IMG/VR virus record: IMGVR_UViG_3300006120_000090
Location: 1 to 24,635 of that record
DNA: 24,635 bases
DNA from: a virus
Taxonomy: Duplodnaviria > Caudoviricetes
Direction: 5' to 3' (one strand)
Positions 16,200-22,664 of this stretch are shown here, one piece after another. The notes beneath the pieces are model-generated. The model did not search any database and was not told the DNA's origin. It was given only the letters and a program-made list of their open reading frames with translations. Both the position numbers and the translations under genes were made by a program. The stretch's first letter is position 1, and every line of letters starts with the position of its first letter.

Positions 16200-17269
16200 A
16201 AACGCCTCAAGTGTTGGTATTTGCCCGCGTCGAGGTTCTCCCTGAACGAGTTGGCGTAGACAGGGTAATCGCGCTCCATCATGATTACTTCGCCAGTCAG
16301 CCGGTAGTGGTTTTGCTTGACGGGGACACAGCCCGGGTCCAGCGGTGACTTCTCAAGGAGCAGGTAGTCAGGAGCGGCGGCGGCCCGGGCCTCCCAGAGT
16401 GGCGTGAAATCAACCTCGGGCCAGAGTTTCTCATTCTTTCGGATGCGGTCATACACCATGTCGTTGTAAATGTTGGGGTAGCGGCGATTCACCCTGTGCC
16501 AGCCCTTGTAGGTACAGAGTGCGGATTCCAGCGTGAAATACCCCACGTCACCTTCCCAAGTTTGACCTTTGGCGCGCAATTTGGCCTTTGCGAGCAGTTC
16601 GTCAGCCCGGGAGGACAGAAATCTCAGGGTTCCCTTGGAATACGAGCCATCGAACTTTGGATTTGATTTGTGCCAATCAAGGTTGTCGAGCCCGCAGACG
16701 ATGGCGAGCCCGTTGCGGTGCGATTTGCTCCCGTCGATGTCATCGAGGAGGAGCGTGTCGCACTCGAACGAAAGCCCAGCAAGGTTCAGGTATTCGGCAA
16801 GGCTAAACGCCGAGAGTCGGCCAAACGTTGGGATTCTGCTACTTTGCTCGTATACACCCCTAAATCCACCTCTCGCGGCCTTGGCCCAGAGTTCTGGCGC
16901 GTTCCCCTGAATTATTTTTTCGTATGCTCTCGCGGCATCTCCAAAGTGCTTTTTATGGTGTCGGCGGTCAGTATCGAACTCAAGCCGTGAATAATTTTCT
17001 TCCCAGAATCTCACTGTTTTCGCAACATCGGCCGGGCGCGTCCCCGCCAGCGTCATCATGACGTATGCGGCTACGACAGACTGGGTGTTTCCCGTCAAGA
17101 ACGCTAGCCAGAAACTTTGGTCCTCGTCCCAACCAAAGTGCTGTATTAGATGGGGGAACAGGTAATAGTCCCCGCCGGGGTGCGAGCGGTACTTCAGATG
17201 GAACTCGTAGAAATCCAGAAATACTTGCTCCCGGTATTCGGGCCGCCGCCAGTCAGTCGGCTGAGTCAT
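16196..17269 (-). CDS. Amino acid:DNA transferase (aGPT-Pplase clade 2-like, HhH glycosylase-related fold)
   Basis: 357 aa from ATG 17269. Motifs FWLAFL, EFDTDRRHHK, HhH-like FGRLSAFSLAEYL, SHRNGL and FTLESALCTYK (conserved E..LC..K), then RRYP. Confidence 0.75.
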   Translation of the reverse strand: MTQPTDWRRPEYREQVFLDFYEFHLKYRSHPGGDYYLFPHLIQHFGWDEDQSFWLAFLTGNTQSVVAAYVMMTLAGTRPADVAKTVRFWEENYSRLEFDTDRRHHKKHFGDAARAYEKIIQGNAPELWAKAARGGFRGVYEQSSRIPTFGRLSAFSLAEYLNLAGLSFECDTLLLDDIDGSKSHRNGLAIVCGLDNLDWHKSNPKFDGSYSKGTLRFLSSRADELLAKAKLRAKGQTWEGDVGYFTLESALCTYKGWHRVNRRYPNIYNDMVYDRIRKNEKLWPEVDFTPLWEARAAAAPDYLLLEKSPLDPGCVPVKQNHYRLTGEVIMMERDYPVYANSFRENLDAGKYQHLRRL

Positions 17270-18089
17270 TTTGGCTCTTGGTTGCCCTGACCTTCGCCTT
17301 CGCGAACTCCTCCGCGGCCGAGCCGGACCCGAGCATGCGTTGCTTCGTGTACCAGACGAGGGTGAAACGATAGGCGTCAGGCCGGTGCTTGACGAATGGA
17401 GTGACGCCGTGCCACGCGCCCTGCCCGTCAAATCCGCTGATTGAGCCGTCCGGGATTCCGAGCGTGAGCCCGTACTCCGGGAGGTGGAGGCCGCCGCCGG
17501 TGACGTGCGAGCGGAGGCAGAGCATGTTGTTCCACGTCCCCTTGATGTTTCCGGAGTCTTGGTGGTACGGGAGCGCCGCCGTGTTGTTGATAATCCCGCT
17601 CGTGAATGGAGCGCCGCCGATTAGCCAGTCATCGTGAATCTGACCCTCGACAAGGCTCAGGTGACGTGTCGCGGCCTCCGGGGCCTCGGCCATGAAGGTT
17701 TCCCAACAGACTTTGGTAATTTCCTCCAGCATCTTGTAGGTATCTGGCTCCTCGTTGTTGAATGAGGCCGCGCTGATGCCGTAGCGCCGCCGGAGCGGTT
17801 GCGGGGCCGTGAATCCGAAAGTTCTGGATTTATACACCATGCCGCTCAGACGTGGCTCTGCTTTGCTCTTAGCATCTCCGCCCTGAAACTTGACCGAATA
17901 CCTGAGATGACGGACTAACTGGCGTCTAAGGGCATCGTAGGTGGCGGGAATTTGGACCTGAAACGCGATTACCTCGCCAGTGTCGGCGTCAATGACGTGA
18001 AGTGACTCATCCACGCCAACGAGGTCCGGCGCTTGGTGGTGTCGGTCCCGCCGCTTCCAGTCTGCCTTACGGGCCTCGATAATCTTCAC
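17253..18089 (-). CDS. TET/JBP-family 2-oxoglutarate/Fe(II) dioxygenase (5-methylpyrimidine oxidase)
   Basis: FTSGIINNTAALPYHQDSGN (HxD), GGGLHLPEY, distal WHGVTP and YRFTLVWY (2OG-binding Arg): the signature of phage TET/JBP proteins. Confidence 0.85.
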   Translation of the reverse strand: MKIIEARKADWKRRDRHHQAPDLVGVDESLHVIDADTGEVIAFQVQIPATYDALRRQLVRHLRYSVKFQGGDAKSKAEPRLSGMVYKSRTFGFTAPQPLRRRYGISAASFNNEEPDTYKMLEEITKVCWETFMAEAPEAATRHLSLVEGQIHDDWLIGGAPFTSGIINNTAALPYHQDSGNIKGTWNNMLCLRSHVTGGGLHLPEYGLTLGIPDGSISGFDGQGAWHGVTPFVKHRPDAYRFTLVWYTKQRMLGSGSAAEEFAKAKVRATKSQNDSAD

Positions 18090-18691
18090 CAGCCCATCTC
18101 CAGCAGGAGGTGCTTCAGGCTGTCGCTGTTGTTGTCGTGGCCCGTGTGTTCGCGCATCTTCTTGAGTAGGCCAACCATTTCGTCATACTCGTACTCCGGG
18201 AAAGGCAGAATGAATGACTTGACGCCGCGTGACTCAAACTCCTCCAGCCGCTCGGCGGCCGATTTCCCCTCACCAAGATTCCCAAGCCCGCCATTGAGTT
18301 TGAACAGGAGGTCATCGAGGTCATCGCCATCGAATCCTGTTCCGTCCAACGAAAGTTCGCTGGCGGCCAGTTCTTGGAGCAGTTCTGCCAGCCCTTCGTC
18401 ATCGTAGGTGGCGAGGTCATTGGCCCGGTTGTCGATTAGCAGGATTCGGGCCGCCTCATCGTCATCAACATCAACAAACGTCACATCCACCTGTGTCCAG
18501 CCGAGGGCCTTTGCCGCCTTCCACGTGTGGTTGCCCGCGAGTATGTCCCCGCTGGACTTTTGTACGACAATTGGCCGGTACTGGCCGTGGGCTCGCAGAG
18601 ATTCCGCGATGGCCCCAACGTCCCCCTGCCTAACGTTGCGCGGGTGCGGGTGAATGTCGTTGATGGGGGTCTGTTGGATGGATAGCGTCAT
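18086..18691 (-). CDS. ParB/Srx N-terminal domain protein
   Basis: IHPHPRNVR, IAESLRAHGQYRPIVV, ILAGNHTWKAAKALGW and LLIDNR motifs; AGGAGG RBS. Confidence 0.9.
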   Translation of the reverse strand: MTLSIQQTPINDIHPHPRNVRQGDVGAIAESLRAHGQYRPIVVQKSSGDILAGNHTWKAAKALGWTQVDVTFVDVDDDEAARILLIDNRANDLATYDDEGLAELLQELAASELSLDGTGFDGDDLDDLLFKLNGGLGNLGEGKSAAERLEEFESRGVKSFILPFPEYEYDEMVGLLKKMREHTGHDNNSDSLKHLLLEMGW

Positions 18692-18735
18692 AGTGTCCTC
18701 CTAGTGCTCTAGGGCCACTATACGGCAAACAGGCG
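18692..18735 (-). promoter_or_regulatory. Candidate promoter (-10 TATAGT) and RBS for the modification/packaging operon
   Basis: TATAGT on the minus strand at 18717-18722 in the 44 bp gap before the ParB-like gene, then AGGAGG. No clear -35 element. Confidence 0.4.
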
Positions 18736-18903
18736 CTACTTGGTGAGATTCGTCCCGCAGTAGTAGCACTCCACGGGCTCCGCGGAGCCGCGCGTGACTT
18801 TGACCACCTTGGCTCCGCCAAGCGTGTTGGACTTACACCACGTACAGAACGGGTCCAACGTCCCAGCGGAGTTGGCTACCCAATGGATTTGCTTGGCGGC
18901 CAT
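18736..18903 (-). CDS. Small Zn-ribbon protein (55 aa)
   Basis: Below the ORF track cutoff. MAAKQIHWVANSAGTLDPFCTWCKSNTLGGAKVVKVTRGSAEPVECYYCGTNLTK*; TGATG overlap and GGAGG RBS; two CxxC motifs. Confidence 0.7.
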   Translation of the reverse strand: MAAKQIHWVANSAGTLDPFCTWCKSNTLGGAKVVKVTRGSAEPVECYYCGTNLTK

Positions 18904-19580
18904 CAGTTCACCTCCTCCGGCTCCGGGGCTGGCAACGCCAGCGCGACGAGTGCGGCCTTGGTTGGGCGGCTGGCCTTTGCGAACAGCGGGTCACCTGAGG
19001 GCTCAAGGTTGGCGCTGAACTCAATGAAATCACCCTTCTCTGCTTGGGTTTCGTGGTAGATGTTGCCCTTGCTGTCTTCGTAGCGGTTGCGGCAACGCTC
19101 CTCGTGGTCGCAGGCAACCTTGATGGTGGGGCTGGTCACCCACACCTTGAAGCCGCGGTCATCGCGGACCAGCAACTTGCTAGTGACGCCGTAGTCATTC
19201 TCGTACTCCTTGACGGCCAACACCTCACCGCGGACGGTGTTGCGGCCCATCGGGACCTCCACGCCGGATTCGAGGAGCGCCGCGCGCTCGGCCTCCCGGG
19301 CGGCCTCCCGGGCGGCCTCCCGCTCCTCCCGGGCGGCTTGCGCCTTGATGACGCACTCCACCTGCTTGTCGGACAACTTGCCGTACTTTATGCCGGACTC
19401 CCAAAGGCCTCGCAGAAACTCGTTGCCCCGCTGAACCGCCTCCCAGTCAATCTCCGGACGAGCCTCGCAGAACGCCACCCACTTGCGACGCGCACCTTCA
19501 GCGATGCGGCCTTGGATTGCCTCCTCGTACGCCGCAGGGAACTCGATGAGGTGGTTGTTGTCTCGTGCTGTGTACGACAT
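18903..19580 (-). CDS. Conserved phage hypothetical protein with a possible C-terminal OB-fold
   Basis: 225 aa from ATG 19580 (TGATG overlap). YGKLSDKQ motif, an EAAR coiled linker and a beta-rich C-terminus (TVRGEVLAVK...YGVTSKLLV...KGDFIEFSA). Confidence 0.7.
   Translation of the reverse strand: MSYTARDNNHLIEFPAAYEEAIQGRIAEGARRKWVAFCEARPEIDWEAVQRGNEFLRGLWESGIKYGKLSDKQVECVIKAQAAREEREAAREAAREAERAALLESGVEVPMGRNTVRGEVLAVKEYENDYGVTSKLLVRDDRGFKVWVTSPTIKVACDHEERCRNRYEDSKGNIYHETQAEKGDFIEFSANLEPSGDPLFAKASRPTKAALVALALPAPEPEEVN
19289..19337. repeat. 12 bp in-frame tandem repeat CGGCCTCCCGGG (about 3 copies plus a degenerate one)
   Basis: Copies start at 19289, 19301 and 19313; encodes AAREEREAAREAAREAE on the minus strand. 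Confidence 0.8.
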
Positions 19581-19945
19581 CACGCACCCGCCTTCGAGGT
19601 CAAGGCCAGCATGCGGACGTTCATCAGCACGTGCTTGGCGGCGATGGGCTCGCAACCCACCAGCGGGATGTATCGCTGGGCAATTACGCGGCGGTTGCGG
19701 TTGCGGCGGCCGCCCCCTCGCAGGCGCAGGCGCATCGTGGTGAACCAAACTTCACTGCCGCACTCAAACAGGTCCAGCGCATTCTCAATTTCGCGGGCCT
19801 CCGGCTTCACGATGAAGCGCACCTGCTCAAAGTCTTGGTCAGACACGTCCTCAATGATTACTTGGAGATTCAAACGTGCGGCCGTTTCGATGACGTCTGC
19901 GGCCAACTGTCCGTACTGCTCAATGTTTGCGGTTTTGCTTGGCAT
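19580..19945 (-). CDS. Hypothetical protein (121 aa)
   Basis: ATG 19945 (MPSKTANIEQ) with an AAGGA RBS; first gene after repeated element copy A. Confidence 0.65.
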   Translation of the reverse strand: MPSKTANIEQYGQLAADVIETAARLNLQVIIEDVSDQDFEQVRFIVKPEAREIENALDLFECGSEVWFTTMRLRLRGGGRRNRNRRVIAQRYIPLVGCEPIAAKHVLMNVRMLALTSKAGA

Positions 19946-20058
19946 TTCTGGGTTTTCCTTGTCTCGGTGGCTACTTTGCTTCGCCTCCAACAGAATGAAG
20001 TATAGCGAATCCGCCCGCCGAACGGGCAGAAATCTAGAGATAGTTGCTATCTCCCAAC
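19946..20058 (-). promoter_or_regulatory. Repeated promoter/operator/leader element, copy A
   Basis: TAGAGATAGTTGCTATCTCCCAAC at 20035-20058 (contains the palindrome GAGATAG-N3-CTATCTC); GCCCG-N5-CGGGC at 20013-20027; minus-strand TATACT at 19999-20004; then TTGGAGGCGAAGCAAAGTAGCC. Confidence 0.75.
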
Positions 20059-20095
20059 ATTTACAGGCCCGGTTTGTCTTGGCCGCTCCCGCTGG

Positions 20096-20299
20096 CTATT
20101 CGGCCCTCCCCAGTTCTCTGTCGATTGCGTCTATTTGCTTTCTAAGACACCTAGCGGCATCTAGGATGCTCGCATCTATTCCCCCAAGCCATTCGCCACG
20201 CTCAGGCCCGAGATTGGCTAGGAGGGACAACGAGTTTGCGGCCGCAAAGAATGCGACGCGCAGTTCGTCCTGAATCTCTGCGAGGGCCTGCTCAGTCAT
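20096..20299 (-). CDS. Small helical hypothetical protein (67 aa)
   Basis: ATG 20299 (MTEQALAE) with a GGAGG RBS; overlaps the upstream stop. Confidence 0.65.
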   Translation of the reverse strand: MTEQALAEIQDELRVAFFAAANSLSLLANLGPERGEWLGGIDASILDAARCLRKQIDAIDRELGRAE

Positions 20300-20615
20300 T
20301 GAACACCTCCGTAGGCTCCGCGCTCGCGTACCAGACCACGTTGTCGCACGTCTCGCCACCCTTGACGTGGAGCCAAGGCCACACATCCCTGTACCCGTAG
20401 TCAGGGTTGCGCTTGACGGCCTTGCCGCAGTGACGGCACTTCATCTCCACCGCGGTCACGTAGTAATCGTCAAACCAGCCATCCTTCCAGACAGATGAGT
20501 CCGGCTCCGGCTCCGGGTCGCGCTCCCAGATGTAGGCCCAGCCGTCCTCGAACGTCTTGAATGTCTTTCCAAAGAAACACACCTTGCCGGTCCAGTCTTT
20601 GATGATGTACCTCAT
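20292..20615 (-). CDS. Hypothetical protein with C-terminal CxxC...H...C motif
   Basis: 107 aa; ATGA coupling; AAGGAG RBS; KCRHCGK...WLH...TC. Confidence 0.7.
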   Translation of the reverse strand: MRYIIKDWTGKVCFFGKTFKTFEDGWAYIWERDPEPEPDSSVWKDGWFDDYYVTAVEMKCRHCGKAVKRNPDYGYRDVWPWLHVKGGETCDNVVWYASAEPTEVFND

Positions 20616-20845
20616 TTTGCTCCTTCCCGGGTCAGACGGGTCATTTGTCGGTCCGCGGCTTGCTGGATGATTTCGGCCGCGGAGTTCAGCACCCGCAGGA
20701 ATCCAGTGTTGCCGTCAATTTCAGTGAGTAGGTCAAGCATGTGGGCGGCGTTCTCCATCGCCACGCTGGCGGCCTCGAACTCCTCCCGGAGCGCGCTCAG
20801 GGCCTCCAGCCTCAGGGTTGCCTGTGATTTGGGGCGTCCAGCCAT
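20612..20845 (-). CDS. Small helical hypothetical protein (77 aa)
   Basis: TAATG and ATGA coupling on its two sides; MAGRPKS N-terminus. Confidence 0.7.
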   Translation of the reverse strand: MAGRPKSQATLRLEALSALREEFEAASVAMENAAHMLDLLTEIDGNTGFLRVLNSAAEIIQQAADRQMTRLTREGAK

Positions 20846-21249
20846 TACGCCACCGCCGCAGTCAGGGCCTCGGCGTGGGCTGGCGAGTATTCGGCGCGCA
20901 TCTTCATGTGGTCCTCCAAGTCAGCGCAGTATGACTCGATGATGTCCTCGCAGACGGGGCAGACGCGCTCCGGCTGGCGGCAGGGCTCGCAGAACTCCTC
21001 GGTGTCGGCCTTGCGGCACCAGTCCGTGGCCAAGTCCTTGTTCGTGAAGTTCACGCAGGAGTTGTGAGTTTCGCAGGTGAGCAGGTACTCACGCTTGCCG
21101 TCAATCTCCTCGGCCCAGACGGCCTTGTTGCCATCGGCCCAGACGGCTCCCCGCGGGTGGCGCTTGGCGAGGTGACGCTTGGCGTTCTCAAGTGATGAGA
21201 ACGTGGCCCCGCAGGTGAGGCACTTGTGCTTGTAAATCACTTCATTCAT
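20845..21249 (-). CDS. Cys/His-rich protein with C2H2-like Zn-fingers (134 aa)
   Basis: ATG 21249 (MNEVIYKHK). HKCLTCGATFSSLENAKRHLAKRH is C2H2-like; also CETH, FCEPC and VCPVC...LEDHM...H. Confidence 0.7.
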   Translation of the reverse strand: MNEVIYKHKCLTCGATFSSLENAKRHLAKRHPRGAVWADGNKAVWAEEIDGKREYLLTCETHNSCVNFTNKDLATDWCRKADTEEFCEPCRQPERVCPVCEDIIESYCADLEDHMKMRAEYSPAHAEALTAAVA

Positions 21250-21359
21250 GGGATTTCCCAACTTTCTTGGGGCTACTGGGCTTCGCCGCCAATACAAATA
21301 CCTTACTCGCTCGCGCCCGGGAAACGGGCATTTTTTAGAGATAGTTGCTATCTCCCAAC
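21250..21359 (-). promoter_or_regulatory. Repeated promoter/operator/leader element, copy B
   Basis: Identical 24-mer TAGAGATAGTTGCTATCTCCCAAC at 21336-21359; GCCCG-N5-CGGGC at 21315-21329; minus-strand TAAGGT at 21300-21305; then TTGGCGGCGAAGCCCAGTAGCC. Confidence 0.75.
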
Positions 21360-21376
21360 CCGGGTGGGCGATTCGG

Positions 21377-21649
21377 CTACCACTTTGCGAATCCACCATG
21401 CCGCTGGGTTTTGGTGTAATCGGAGGCCGCGGCTCGGCACTCGTCGCACCGACAGCCGTGGTTTGCGTAGGCGTTCCAAGTCCCGTGAGGGACCCCTTCC
21501 TTGACCTCGATGGGCGGGCGGCACTCTACGCAGAGCACGTTTTGGCGGTTGAGGAGCCAGCCCAGCCTTTTACCAGTATTTATGGACGATACAAATTCTG
21601 ACGTGGCGCATTTGTCGCAGGACAGCCGCCACCCCTCACTCTTGGGCAT
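21377..21649 (-). CDS. Zn-binding hypothetical protein with HGT...Y...CRCxxC motif
   Basis: CDKC...CVEC plus PHGTWNAYANHGCRCDECRAA, a motif frequent in actinophage proteins; GAGG RBS. Confidence 0.7.
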   Translation of the reverse strand: MPKSEGWRLSCDKCATSEFVSSINTGKRLGWLLNRQNVLCVECRPPIEVKEGVPHGTWNAYANHGCRCDECRAAASDYTKTQRHGGFAKW

Positions 21650-21782
21650 TAGTCACCTCTACTAAATGCGGACAACCGGGGACATTGTGGCATCGAATCT
21701 GCTTGGTTTCGGCGTGTCTCAAAGGCATACCGGGCCAGAGATTCGGCCGGTCCACCAACGCTCCGCAATTGACGCATTTCAT
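21636..21782 (-). CDS. Small Cys-rich protein (48 aa)
   Basis: Below the ORF track cutoff. MKCVNCGALVDRPNLWPGMPLRHAETKQIRCHNVPGCPHLVEVTNAQE*; ATGA overlap; fills the gap between neighbours. Confidence 0.6.
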   Translation of the reverse strand: MKCVNCGALVDRPNLWPGMPLRHAETKQIRCHNVPGCPHLVEVTNAQE

Positions 21783-22045
21783 TCTGTAATTTCTGGGGAA
21801 TCTAGGGCCACGATGGTCGGGCAGGGATAGGGCTCAAGGTCCGCCATACAGCACGTCCCTTCTCCGGAGTCCGACAGGATTTCAAGGTGCTCGGAGCGGA
21901 GCCGGGCTACCAGCCGCTCATAGGCCCCAAGAATCACCATCGCGTCGCACTCGTCCTCCGTGTAGCACTTGACGCAGTAATCGGCCCAGCCGTTGTATTC
22001 ACCTCGGTGGGCGTCCTTGAGGCGCTCGATTTCGGCCGCGTTCAT
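21779..22045 (-). CDS. Hypothetical protein with a duplicated His/Cys motif (88 aa)
   Basis: ATG 22045 (MNAAEIERL) with ATGA coupling; H...CVKC...C and H...CCMAD..PYPCPT units. Confidence 0.65.
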   Translation of the reverse strand: MNAAEIERLKDAHRGEYNGWADYCVKCYTEDECDAMVILGAYERLVARLRSEHLEILSDSGEGTCCMADLEPYPCPTIVALDSPEITE

Positions 22046-22119
22046 CGGCGGCCTCGATTCACCAAGATACTGAACCAATACCCGGCGCAGAACAGCAGAG
22101 TGGCGTCATACCATTTCAT
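22042..22119 (-). CDS. Hydrophobic micro-ORF (25 aa)
   Basis: MKWYDATLLFCAGYWFSILVNRGRR*; ATGA overlaps at both ends. Confidence 0.55.
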   Translation of the reverse strand: MKWYDATLLFCAGYWFSILVNRGRR

Positions 22120-22319
22120 CGCGTCACCCACCAGACAAAGACTGTGATGAGCAGAATTGGGGCCGCAACGAGGGTTTGAACCAGCACGTTCATCCACACG
22201 TCAATTGGTGAATCGAAATCACATTTACGCTTCCACCACCATCGGAAACTCAGACCAAAGTACCCGACAATTGCTCCGTAAATGAGCAGGAATTTGCTCA
22301 AATGACCTAAATGGTTCAT
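22116..22319 (-). CDS. Small membrane protein with two predicted transmembrane segments (67 aa)
   Basis: ATG 22319 (MNHLGHL); FLLIYGAIVGYFGLSF and VLVQTLVAAPILLITVFVWWV; ATGA coupling. Confidence 0.65.
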   Translation of the reverse strand: MNHLGHLSKFLLIYGAIVGYFGLSFRWWWKRKCDFDSPIDVWMNVLVQTLVAAPILLITVFVWWVTR

Positions 22320-22411
22320 CGTTTGCTCCATTTCACTAGGGCCGCCGCGGCGCTCGCGACAGCCAACGCGAGGGTGATTTTGCGTGTAATTTGCCTCTGC
22401 TTTTTGCTCAT
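22316..22411 (-). CDS. Basic/hydrophobic micro-ORF (31 aa)
   Basis: MSKKQRQITRKITLALAVASAAAALVKWSKR*; ATGA overlaps at both ends. Confidence 0.55.
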   Translation of the reverse strand: MSKKQRQITRKITLALAVASAAAALVKWSKR

Positions 22412-22596
22412 TTCGGCCACTTTCTAAAGTCCATAATTTCTGTTGCGATTTCGTAGATTGCCCGGGCCAACGAATCGCCATACGAATCCAAATCGACGGC
22501 CACGCTCACCTGTACCGGCAGGTGTCCGCTTGCTTGGATTGTCGGCAATGTTTGATTACTCGTCACCGAACTTGGGGTGAATTGCTTAGGCGGCAT
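22408..22596 (-). CDS. Hypothetical protein (62 aa)
   Basis: ATG 22596 (MPPKQF) in a TAATG overlap, with GGAGAG upstream. Confidence 0.55.
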   Translation of the reverse strand: MPPKQFTPSSVTSNQTLPTIQASGHLPVQVSVAVDLDSYGDSLARAIYEIATEIMDFRKWPK

Positions 22597-22664
22597 TATA
22601 GGTGTCTCTCCGTCATGATGTAGATACAAAACAAAATCACGATTCCAAAGAATGCGAGCGTCAT
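22596..22664 (-). CDS. Hydrophobic micro-ORF (22 aa)
   Basis: MTLAFFGIVILFCIYIMTERHL*; strong GGAGGAGG RBS; ATGA and TAATG overlaps. Confidence 0.6.
   Translation of the reverse strand: MTLAFFGIVILFCIYIMTERHL

Noticed and set aside
17270-17431. N-terminal extensions given by the ORF track (transferase from 17431; also YqaJ from 24171, and ORFs from 19748, 21399 and 3000)
   Set aside because: They overlap upstream genes or regulatory elements. Downstream ATGs with an RBS or stop-start coupling are better starts.
15672-18691. Cassette as a 7-deazaguanine (Dpd/Que) pathway, a methyltransferase system or a ParAB partition locus
   Set aside because: No FolE, QueC, QueD, QueE or DpdA motifs, no methyltransferase motifs, and the kinase lacks the ParA deviant Walker A (KGGxGKT).
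19044-20273. 409 aa plus-strand ORF
   Set aside because: It is antisense to three coupled minus-strand genes and spans a regulatory element, with no recognisable motif or RBS. Typical shadow ORF in GC-rich DNA.
20035-21359. The 24 bp direct repeat as a CRISPR repeat, att site or mobile element end
   Set aside because: Only two copies 1.3 kb apart, with no spacer array, integrase or transposase. Each copy is embedded in a longer promoter-like context.
22116-22319. Two-TM protein as a holin
   Set aside because: No endolysin is nearby and it sits among early/middle accessory genes; hydrophobicity alone is insufficient.
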